Assembly: GCA_950097015.1 (NCBI GenBank) | Contig: CATNEN010000034.1 | Span: 7,192,001 to 7,256,000 of the forward strand | DNA length: 64,000 nt | Origin: Macrostomum hystrix | Lineage: Eukaryota; Animalia; Platyhelminthes | Direction of reading: 5' to 3' | In this document: positions 40,140 through 51,076 of the stretch, in pieces | Layout of the letters: the number at the start of each line of letters is the position of its first letter | Numbering within the stretch: the stretch's first letter is position 1 | Notes under the pieces: model-generated | The model's input: only the letters and a program-made list of their open reading frames with translations | Database searches by the model: none | What the model was told of the DNA's origin: nothing | Made by a program: the position numbers and the translations under genes

Positions 40140-41130
40140 TTTCAAAAGCCGTCCGAGTCAGCATCGTCGAGATCTTCAGCGATTCTTGTCGAAGACCCTG
40201 GGGACAAGGACAGCTGACATTGCTCTGCATGAACCTCTGTGGTGAATCCATATTGGTTAAAAAGCAATTTAAGAATCCAATATAGTAAACAATGATAGCC
40301 GACTTCTCTATCTATTTGCAGGGGGGCCCGGGGCACTTGTCGCACAAGCGACGGAGCGGCACGCCCCCAGACCGGCGAACTAGGCGCTTAGCGCCCATCG
40401 CGCCGCCTCCCCTGAGCAGGCACCACACACAGCAGCACAGACCAGCCGGGGAGGGCAGGAGGCACCCAGAATAGGCAGCAGTGCCCCCACCCCAGCCCCA
40501 CACGCACAGAGCAGACCAAGCCCGGGGGGAGGCTGATAAGAAATCAGTCCTCAGGGGGGGGCGGGTGATAAGTGTACACTTATCCAATCGCGCTGACGGA
40601 AATCCAGAAAGCGCGCGGCGGTGTACACCCACCCCCCAAGGCCTCACGCCCCAGCACCAACTTACACAACTCACACAACGCAGAACAGGCACACAGAAGG
40701 TAGGAGCGAAGCTATTATTTCAAGCTTTGATTGCACGAAAAATGGTGCACCTCCGCCGGTCGCTACTGTCCAAACCCACCAACAAGTCCCGAAATTAATC
40801 GTGACTTAAAGGGAGAATCGAACTAGCGTCCATTGGAGTGCGAGGCAGCGACGCTAGCCGCTGACCCACTCGCCCCTCATGATAGCCGACATGATTACAT
40901 GATGAAATTTTGTGAGCAGAGAATACGATGTATGCCTATATTTGTGGTTTGCTCAACCACCAGACACTCCGACGAAAATCGTTGAATATCTCGACGATGC
41001 CCATGTTTGTGATTCTGGAAGTCACAATCGGAAAATTTTAGCCCGAGTTCATGATTTTAATGGCGATTGGTTGAATATTTTTAAAGATACAGAATAAAGA
41101 AAAAATGTGGGCATTTGAAATACCCCTTTG
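40140..41130. mobile_element. MITE-like element with long imperfect inverted arms, carrying a SINE2 insertion
   Basis: Arms CATCGTCGAGAT...CGATT / AATCGTTGAATATCTCGACGATG; terminal GGGCATTTGAAATACCC; reverse homology to 51999-52600. Confidence 0.6.
40304..40878 (-). mobile_element. tRNA-derived SINE family 2, full length (~575 bp)
   Basis: Minus-strand head with TGGGTCAGCGG and AGTTCGATTCT boxes; 3' CCCCCCTGCA+AATAGATAGA; 12-bp TSD ATGATAGCCGAC (40292-40303 / 40879-40890). Confidence 0.85.
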
Positions 41131-41144
41131 TCTTTCTACTATAT

Positions 41145-41560
41145 TTAAGTACGAAAAAAGTCTAAAATTTTGATTAGCAAAAAGATAGAAAAGCTACTCG
41201 CTACCTGACAAACTATGAGATAATCTGGTAGCTTAGCATAGATGGAATACCATAGGTAGGATAGCATAGCGCTGCGCATCTTAGATAAGCCACTTTTGCC
41301 TCCGCTTGAGAAGAGGCAAGCGACCAGAGCCAGCAAGATAGGTGCATAGTACGCTCGTTAGGGCATGTGGTTATTATCGTTTAATGGTGCCACGAGTGTA
41401 TTTAGGTTCCTTGAAGGTAGATATCGTCGTTTAGCCGCTCATGCCAATCTTATAAATTCAGGAACAGCCGGTAGAGGGCGGCTGCTGGATTACGCCACAC
41501 AGCTGGCTATATTGTGCCCAATTGAGCAATAGAGAAAGTTGTGCTTGAAAGTGAGAGAGA
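41145..41560 (-). pseudogene. Decayed copy of the last 7TM exon of class C GPCR gene B
   Basis: Nucleotide similarity to 46260-46600 (e.g. TAGCATAGCGCTGCG, GCCAGCAAGAT, TTATCGTTTA..GTGCCA); disrupted frame. Confidence 0.75.
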
Positions 41561-41699
41561 AGGTCTTGATTAGCGCGGGTAGCTGCAACACTTAATCATT
41601 TCGTCGACATTCTCATTTCGCCGAAATAAGCGCTCTTTGACAATTTCCAGATTAATTCCGGGTCGCCTCTGTAAAATATGTTTTCTGTTGCTTTTTTGA

Positions 41700-42790
41700 G
41701 ACTTACGCGAGTTCTATGGTAAAACCGTAGCGAAACTGCTTCGATAATTTCTTCTTTGTCTCAAAACTGACTATGGGGTGTATAAATTGATAGATAGTTT
41801 CGGAAACTCTGAGCAATTACAGCAGGGGATTATACGCAGTAAGTATCACAAGCTGGACTTGCTCAAAAAGTCCCATTCAAGATGTTTGGCCTACTTATCC
41901 TCCACCAGTAATGCTGCCGTATTCACGCAACAATAAGTACAAAATCCAAAACAGAATTGTTTTTAAGGGTTTGTGCATCGTACCACCTTATAAGCATGAG
42001 AAACTAGATCTCCAGATACTTTTCGAGGACCACCCGGCATCGTGCGGATGCTACGTTTCATCCGGAGATTACTTCTGGTGGCCCAACATGGATACTTAAA
42101 TCGATGCATTCGTTCAACGTTGTATTCAATGCCAGCTACATTCTAGGAAGAGAACCAGGCGCAAGTCTGTCGTCATGTCTAGAGACTAAAAGTTTCTTTA
42201 AAAAATGAGTTCACGTTGACATCGCTACTTTCAAAGGTCAACGCTTTCTCGCCCAGGTTGACGCCTTTTCAATGTGGTTTGGACGTCCAGTCCGTGCCGT
42301 CGATGAAGGCATCCATTTTCATCGGTGCTCTTAGAAAAACCTTTAAGTACACCGGATTACCGAAAATCCAGGTCTCAGGCAATGGTGGAACTTTTGTGGC
42401 AGAGGATCTTACTACTTTCCTGCGAGAGATCTACATCGACCACAGTGTTTAATCCTCCTGGACATCAGTCTAATGGGCATGTGGTACTTCTCAGTACTAC
42501 TTCTCAGTGAAAAGAATACATTACTGTACGTTTAGTGTTTCAGCAATCTACAAGAACGCGATTATCTGCCATTTTTACAGAGAGGACAAGGCCAATTCAA
42601 GAACCTGTTCCTGTGTTCGTGCGTGAGAAGTACAAGGAACAGCGTGTCCCATCTGAGCTGAAGACAACAGTTGGAACAAACTCTTCCGAGAGGCAAAAGG
42701 ACGACTAGTGCACCAATCCGATGATACTGATAGTTCAGAGGAGCTACCAATTGATAAGGAGGAGACTTAGATGTGCAAAGGGTAGGGACG
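41700..42790 (+). mobile_element. Degenerate Ty3/Gypsy pol (integrase) relic
   Basis: Zn-binding remnant HP...YFWWPNMDT*IDAFVQRCIQCQ; core remnant LRKTFKYTGLPKIQVSGNGGTF; stops and frameshifts; no LTR pair found. Confidence 0.75.
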
Positions 42791-43076
42791 AGAGCACACA
42801 TTGGTGCACACCCGCCCCACCCGCCCCACCCCCCCATACCGCGCCTCACACCCGGCCCAACGCACAAACACAAACACAAACAAGCAGGCATGCAGAAGGC
42901 AGGGGTTAAGCTATTTTAAATTAGCTTTGCTTGCACAGAATAAGGTGCATCTCCGCAAGTCACTACTTCGCAAACCTCCAACTAAGCCCCGAAATAATCG
43001 TGACTTGGAGAGAGGAACGAACCAGCGACCATTGGAAAGTGGGGCAGCGACATCAGCCGCTGAGCCACTCACCCCC
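42790..43076 (-). mobile_element. SINE family 2, head and body, 3' part not recognisable
   Basis: A box TGGCTCAGCGG, B-box-like GGTTCGTTCC; homologous to 40615-40878. Confidence 0.75.
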
Positions 43077-43783
43077 AACTTTTACTGCTTAGTTCACTGA
43101 GAAACTACAGGCAGCATTGACGAAAAAAATAATAAAAAAATATTTAGAACACAGTGAAATTAGGCTATTTATTTTCTGCTTCTTTCAGTGTCAAATTGGT
43201 TCAACTAAGAAAACACAACAAATAAAGAGCACTACGAAAATTTTCTATAAAGTTGTTTTATTTGTTTAGAATGATTTAAACATTCTTACTAAAGTCTGTA
43301 GAACTTCCAATAACAACAAATAGCTGGGCTCTCAAATAAACACAAAAAAGGAAAACAGTAGAAAGACCACACTATTTCCCCCCGGGGAAATGCCACGGGG
43401 TATTTCAAATCCCACTGCCAACGTCAAGATAGCCTAAAACCGAATTACCGATTTACCGATTTAAGTGTCTTTCTACTGTTAATAAGTAAAAATTATGACG
43501 CTAAAGCTTTTTGTGAGTAGGTAAATCGAGCTTTCGTGGATAAAAAATAGTGAGTTACTAGTGCAATACTAAATTGAGTCATTGTTCTTTGGTGACCATA
43601 TCAAGCACTTTAGTAGGGTCCAGCCCAGTATAAAGCCATGAGTTAAAGTAAAAAATGTCTCTTTTTTTCGCCAGTGCGTTTAAAGTTATTCGGTCCAGTT
43701 TTTGCAGAATAAGGCTTTTGACCATTCACTTGCTCAATTTCCATGTCCTTACTTTCGTTCTCCAGGTGCATATGTATTCCTTC

Positions 43784-44608
43784 TCACTTTCCGGCAAGCA
43801 GTTTCAGGTCTGCAATTTTACTCGCCATGTTCTCAGTTACAGCACTCAGATTTACCAGCTTGTCGCCGATTCTACCGAGGTCGTTGATCAAATTTTCAAA
43901 GTTGTTCTTTAGTTGATTGAATTGGTCTTTCGGACTGTCTAGTCGAGCAGCCGTGTCACTGAGTGTGCTTTCCTGTAACTGCTGCTGCACTTGCAGCTGC
44001 TGCACTGCAGCTCCAGCAACAGCAAGGGCAGCACCACCAGTCAGAATTGTGGCACCAGTCAGCGCAGCAAGTCCGAACAAGTCAGTTGCTGTGTACCCAG
44101 CATTCCGCGTGTTGGAGGCACTCCGCTCAGCCTCCTCTTCAGCATTCTTTGCTTTCTCAGCAATGCTACTTACACATGTTACTGTGGCGTTTAAACTGTT
44201 CTTGAAGTCTACATATTTCAGTTTACATCTGGAAGCCTCAGTTAGCAGTTCGTTTAGATTTTCCACGCAGTCCTTGATGAAGGCTAGTTCGATCTTGTCA
44301 CTTCTTAGGGGCTTCTCCATAATCTACTTTTTGGCAAGCCATTTTCTCTGGAGATTTTCGCAAGCCTGCTGGAATGCGATTGAACAACTCTCTGTTTTTC
44401 GAAACAGGCCAGACAGTTCGTTTTGCTCCGCGCTCTCGCTGATGCTCAGAGCCGACCTGAGCTCTTTCTGTGTCTTCTCCCAATCGCTGACCACTTTCAG
44501 AACGACCTCAGTCATCTGACCTGTGGTCTTAGCGATGGCATCTGACAGTCCAATGGCATTAGTCAAACTTGAAAGGGCTTCAGCAGCTTTACTTGCTATC
44601 GATGCCAT
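43784..44608 (-). CDS. Coiled-coil/hydrophobic-hairpin protein copy 2; same in-frame TAG, compensating frameshifts, earlier stop (possible pseudogene)
   Basis: ORFs 44608-44324 and 44320-43784; homology to copy 1 continues past the TGA at 43784. Confidence 0.5.
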
Positions 44609-46103
44609 GCTTGAACTTTATGGTAAAAACTTTAAAGAAAGCTTTGATTGGCGCTGTCTGATAGTAGAAACGCAATCACACTCAACAAGCTTGCTGGGTA
44701 GATTAGAATAATTAAAAACGGTTTTTGATGCTTGGATACTGTCTCTTTATGGCGGAATTTTCTGTCGCCATAGGGCCACATTGTCTTTTTGTGTGCAAAT
44801 ACGAATATGAGTGGTACGCTTTGTGTACAGTTAAATGTGAAGTTCCCCCCAGTAGATGCACGCACTTGAGTCTTTGGGCACACCTGGCTTACCTGGCTCA
44901 GCTAGCAGCCAAAGAGTCTGTGAGAATGCTATGAGTACAATATCACTGCTATGATATTGCTTGTACTGAAAGTGCACTAAGATAGAATATTAGTTTAATA
45001 TGAGAATACGCACACAAGAACAAAGCCTCACTGCTTATTGGAACAATGGTTCCAAGGAGCGGCATATGTGTCGAGTTGCAGCTTGCAAAGTCTTGTTAAA
45101 AATCTAAGTATCAGGTGAGCACAAACCGATCTGTCAAAGCATTTGCTCATTGCTTCCTTTTTTTATAAAATGTCAAAACGCCCTTATAAAACGTAGCAAA
45201 ACACGAGTTCTATCTCTAGTTCTTGTATCAATGTGTCAACAGTGAAAAAGGTAACAAAGAAAAGGTACTCTCTAACTAACAAACTAATAAATCATGGATA
45301 GATAATCAGCGATAGACCAATAGCAGACGGCTAAAAACTATTATTTTGAGTAGAAACACAACTCCACAAGTTGAACTACCCCGGGGCCTTTCCCCAGGGG
45401 GGGGGCGTTGTCTTTGTACTGTAAAATGGAAATTCTTTTTTTAAGTGTTCTAAGCATCATAGGAGATAAAATGTATATGATTGTAACGATTTTACGGAAG
45501 GTAAATAAGTATTTAAAAAAACATACAACAATACCGCTTGTAATTTTTATACACATGAAGTCTCTAACACGGTTTCATGATACTAGTGGAGTAGTAAGAC
45601 AAGCATGTTCCTGGATTCTTCACATAAGGTATAAAAATATGAATAGTTTTCATCAATACTAATATCAATAATATCAATATACCATCAAGACTAAACTGGT
45701 TTAATATGTAAACAGTGTTCTAAAAGCTTACATGTATTTCTAGGCAAAAGCTTATCAATGAGTAAAAAAAGCGAAAATATCGAAAGTTGCTATATTTAAC
45801 TATAACGCATTTGTAACGTACATTTATAAGCAGTTAAATAAAATAATCAATATTTTGTTTTTCTGGTTCCGCTGACGATTATTCGCGCTTCATTTTCGCT
45901 TTAACATTTTCGATCCGAGAGGAACCTAGAAATTAAAATTAAAAATGTTACAGTAGTGCATGGTCGATTGTTACAACCAGAACCATCTTCTGACTAAGAA
46001 CGCGGGTCCTTGAAATACACTTAATTCTGCATGGCTGGGGTAGAAATATAGAGTCACTATGGTAGTCAGCACTTACCACACAGCAAACTTTAAATCTGAG
46101 CCC

Positions 46104-49100
46104 TTAGGTGTCCATCAGACTCTGGTCAGCCCCATCCTCCTCCATCTGTAGCTGCTGCGGCTGCTGCTGCTGCTGGCTTTCCACTTCGGACACATTCAGC
46201 TCGGGATGCAGTAACAAAATGTACATCTTCGGACCGAAGATGCAGACTAGAACGGCCCAGACAGCCAGACAGGTGGAGTAGCATAGCGCTGCGTAGCTCT
46301 GATAAGGTGACTGGCTGGAGAGAAGGCAACAGGCCAAAGCCAGCAAGATGAGGCAGGTGCAATTCAAGGCATAGATGACATGGTTCTTATCGTTTATAGT
46401 GCCAGGTGTGCGCTTAGGAACATAAAAGCACATGGACCCGAACAGCGCTAGTAGCAGCGGATACACCAGGCAGATCAAGGACGATGGACCAATCCAGTAC
46501 GAGCAGACTTGCAAGAATTCCTCGTCTGATGAATAATAGACCAATGGCGACGGAGGATGCCAATTGAGCGTCACGACCAGCACTATGATTTGGACTAAGA
46601 CGAGCAGCACAAAATATAGCACCTGTGCAATTTTTGGGGTTTTAGAGAGCCCTCACGTTGATTACTAAAATGTGATCTGGTTTATCAATAGTTACGGGCA
46701 GTAAACGTCAAAGACGTCTTTGTAAACGTTAATAACGTCAACAGAGATATTCTCGTAAAAAGGACAGACAGATAAATTTACTGACAGCCGGTGGACGACA
46801 GCCAGGGTAAAAATGTCCGAAAATTTTCAAAAGAGGACAAAACCTAGGGCCTCAGGAGCTGGTGTCATGTTGCAGACACGAACATGATATCGGTCTAGTG
46901 GTTTAGGGATCTATCCGTGAACTGAACAACAATAAATGCGATTGAAATACGAACGAATTAAAAAACGAAGATGATTTTAAATCAGAGGCAATGTTAAAAA
47001 ACCGTAAAAACGGACTACTTGAACAGATTTTTCTGCAAGCATATATGCATTCCGCATATTTCATCGCTCACAACATCGCATCGAACAGACAACAACAAAA
47101 GCTGCAAAGCTGCGACAGATGGTAAAAGGACCAACCTGAAATCCATCTGACATCGGGTCTCCTCTTTTGAGGTGCTTCATCTTCAGTAACAATCCTGCAG
47201 AACAGAATGCAAAGCTCAAACCGACTACGAACCACTGGATTCCGCAATTAAAACTGCTGGGTTGAAGGCCCATCAGGCAAGTGGCCAAGAAAAAGAGTCC
47301 GACACCCAGCAGCAGCGCTCGATTCAAAGCCCGACCAGAGGCTCGAACCACCGGCGTGCTTCGTCTGAATTCGAGCACGCCTAATACAACCTGAGATGCC
47401 AACAAGCCAGCGCTGTTAATCACAATCGCCACAATAGTTATCGGATTGCTGTGCGCGAAGTAGTACTGGCAAAGGTTGAGATTATCGGGTGGGATTAAGT
47501 AAGTTTCACTGAACTTGGAATGCACAAAGCATTTGAAAGAAAAATGTATATTTTGTGCAGGTATACACTCTTAAGTTCCCATTCGAGATATTTAACGATT
47601 CTCGTCGGGTGCTGGCGACAAAAACCACGAATATTGTGTCTCTCCTTTTTGAGACACAAAAAATTCCTTTTTCCATGTCGGCTATTATTGTTGATTATAT
47701 TGCTTATTATTTTATTTTTGAAGCCATATGGGCGGAAAATGTCAATGGATTTAGGGGAACTTCACGAAAACGGTCATCCGGTTTGCGAGCTATAGTGAAG
47801 TAGGTATGGTGGGTATTTGAAATATCCCCGTGATCTTTTCCCAGGGGGGAATAGCGTAAAAGTATGATCTAGTATGTGATGTGGACGCAAATTAAGAAGA
47901 TTCCTGTCCTACAGTGATTTTCGAGAGCTACTCTTGAATTTCATAAAGTTCAGTCGATTTTAATAACCGAAACTGTTCGCAATTTTGTTCGAATTTAATA
48001 TAAAAGATGCGCACAGATCAACGAAAAATGTCTTGTAAGACTTACCACTGTGCCTTGGCATCCATCCCCATCATAGTAGGCCCTTAGGGTACCCTTGGGA
48101 CAAAATGCCGTATTCCAATTAGGAGTTAATAATGACGAAATTTGGACAGAAAACTTGACTTTGGGACCGTTTTCATTTGGAGCACAAAGCACAAGATACT
48201 CGAGCCGAAGGCTACGTCGCCGCCTTCGGTGCAACTGAATGTCGCCTCGATCGGCATCGAATCGACTGGCTTCTGTCCAGCCAAAGCTGTTGCTGCTCTT
48301 TTTTCCGAAACCGAAGTACTGAGGCCTGCCAATCCGAAGCGGAGGCGATGCGTCGCCGGATTTTAAAAGGTGTAATCGGCTGCCGGACCGGCCCGTGAAA
48401 CTGACCGATCCTATTCTGGTCAGCAGTCCAGCTTTTTCGGTCAAGAGCCGCTGCAGACACACTGGTTTGGGTGTCTCCGTAAGGCACAGGTGGGTGCGGA
48501 GTTCCTGAAAAAATGCAATTGCAGAAAAGCGTTGGCGGGAATGTAAATCGTGTTTGTACGCGAATGAAATACGAAAATTGATAGTGAACCAGAATCAAGT
48601 TTGTTTCTATTGGCTCAACGACAAGATCACGTCGATTGTAGCACATCGCAAGTACGAGGTTGTCTGGCCGTCTCACTATTTTCGTTTTAACTTTCGCGCC
48701 CCACCTCACCCGCAGAGCCACGGCGAACGCCATCACAGCGTCGCTCACAAACTGCAGCTGCGGCTCCAGAACGAACTTCGCGTCCGACTCCGACATGCGC
48801 AGTTCCGGCCCGCACATCTCCTTGTGCCGCTGGTTGTACGGCGTCTGCGGCCCGCCCGGCAGCCAGCAGTCGAAGTAGTCCTCCCAGAACTCGGCGAACC
48901 ACGGGTTCCGAGTGTTTGTGTCAGGTCGCAGGTCCAGGAAGTACTCCTTGAAGCCTGCGATCGGCTCTGCTAGCATCGTTGTAGTTTGAACCTATGGGTG
49001 ACAGTTTTAAGTCATGTGTTGAAGTTCTCGTATGCGGGGCTAAATTTGAGACACACAAATCACCTGAGGCAAGCGAAGCGCTTTTAGCATCGACGTCAGT

Positions 49101-49696
49101 TGCGTCACGCCACTGGAGAATGTGGGCCCAGTTATAAATCCAATTATAGGTTGAGCATCTGAATTTAAATTGCTCCCGCCCGAAGATGCAGGAGCTGCAA
49201 TGGAAAGGAATCGACACGACTCAGACAGTGCACGTGGGGTTGTCGGGATTCCTGAGCTTCTAAAAATAGATATTCTACTCTCGGAAACCAGTTGCTCACC
49301 CTTCATGATTTCCATGGCCTGTTCCAAGCCGTATTTCTCATCGTTGCAGTCGTCCATGATTATGGCGCCAAGCCGGAGGTGGGGCCCGACTAGGCCCAGC
49401 CTGTTTGCCGAGTCCAGAGTGAATAGCAGGGCCTCCACCGCCTGCATACCGACTATGGGCCTGATGGGACCGCATACCTGACCTACCTCAGAACTATTCT
49501 GGTATCTTTCGTGCACAGGCAGGAGAACACCCAGATAGATGTCACCCTTGACGACAAGCTTTTTTTCCTTTAGCGACGACTTTCGCTGACTAGAATCTCC
49601 TTCGGTGAAGTTTGTCAAAGGCAGTCGGCCGACGCTAGCAGTCGGTATTTGAAAAGACAGAAGCAGTGTCAGGGCTACTTTCAGTACGAACTGCAT
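46104..49696 (-). CDS. Class C GPCR gene B, diverged mGluR/mXR-like, internally deleted VFT; exons 49696-49300, 49194-49064, 48991-48710, 48504-48046, 47513-47136, 46622-46104 (~720 aa)
   Basis: Signal peptide, KGDIYLGVLLPVH, DDCNDEKYGLEQA, RNPWFAEFWE, TPVVRASGR, TM segments ending FGPKMYILL; open and phase-consistent. Confidence 0.75.
47570..47860. mobile_element. MITE-like repeat, partial copy in a gene B intron
   Basis: GAGATATTTAACGATT arm and GTGGGTATTTGAAATATCCCC end. Confidence 0.5.
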
Positions 49697-51076
49697 ATCG
49701 ACCTAGTTTTTTGGGGCACACAGAGCAATGCTGGGACCGAACCTAGAGCTTTTGTTCGGCGTGCGGCTTTCCGGCGCTGTCAGTGGTTGAAACTGCTGCC
49801 TTATAATAGCAGTCCAAAGACCAGAAGATCGATGCGGTGAGCATGTCTGGCATTGGATGCGAGTAGCAAACCGAGAGGGGATTTTTCGATGTGGTGAGAG
49901 ATGAGTTAGCGCAGCATCGTTGATCATTTGAGGAGATAAAAGGATTTCGCAAGCTTCTGTGTCGCGAAATTAGCTTTTGTATGTGTTATATTTTGTAAAG
50001 CCAAACAGCATCACTGTCAAGGAGCGGCAAGATTACTTTCAGGTCATTTGCAGTGCTTATTTACAGGTCCTCAACACGGCATCTCTGCTAAATCTACTGG
50101 TAGCCTATGCTGAAAACACAATGTATTTGTGTTTTAAGTGTTTTAGACTCAGAAAATTCTGAGATCATCTTGGTGCATCGCAAAAAAGGAAGGAGCTTGA
50201 CTATCTGGGAAATTTGAATTTGTGACGTTAATTGCTCTGTCGCGTCAACAAAATATGTTCCCAAAGTTTTGTCACATCAGGGATTATCCAATCCAATCAT
50301 CAGGGATTAGGCTGTCGGGAGCAGCGGACTGAATGACCCAGGCAGCACAGCGAAGTAAAAGTACAGTCATGCTGCGATTTATCAAATTATCTGTATAAAG
50401 CGCATGCCGTTAATGTGTGCTGATTTCCCCCGAGAAGTTTACAATTTGTTTTCATGCAACTCCGTCGAATATAAATCGAAAGCACGGAAAGTTACAGGTC
50501 AAACAATATCACTGTTCTGTTCACTGTTGACTACCTACGCCTCAGGACAGCTGTTCTACTCGTATGATTATTGTCATCTCTATGATATACTACTTTGCTA
50601 GAGCTCCAGTGGTTCTCGTTGCTACGGGCGTTGCCCGTTAGATATGAAGTCGCCGTTTATAAACGGGTTTTAACTTTAAACCCGTTTTTAACACAATAGG
50701 TTCTCCTGCGCAGCACCCTTAAAGCACGGAATCATTCGCGTTATCATATCAAAACAAAAATTATAAAACTACGAGAAAGACTGATGGAATGGTCGAAATC
50801 TATCTTAAAATAAGATTTTACAATATAATTAGTCTCTGCGTTTCGTTGGTCTCCACATTTAGGCTTCTATTCGATCATACGAGTACAAAAAGCAGTTGCA
50901 TTTGTCTGAAAAGCTCACTGAGAAGCTCATTGCTACGAAATCAAGAGCAAGTTTTAACTAGTCTTTGTTCTATTTAAATCTACATAAACTATATTCTAAC
51001 ATAAAATTTTTATACTCGGTTTAACCTTTTTAGTCTTCAAGCAAAAGCCACTTCTTGTTTTTCAAGTGTCCTTCCC

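Noticed and set aside
40318-40395. HDV-like ribozyme (ends GGCGAACTAGG)
   Set aside because: No P1 helix could be built in the required order, and the segment is the antisense of the SINE2 3' end.
40560-43080. LTR pair flanking the Gypsy relic (40615-40878 vs 42790-43076)
   Set aside because: Both are SINE2 copies with tRNA heads on the minus strand, and one has its own TSD; no TG...CA termini or primer-binding site.
50598-50680. Helitron-like hairpin plus CTAG end
   Set aside because: Hairpin is ~25 nt from the CTAG, the A/T target rule is not met, and no second copy is in the window.
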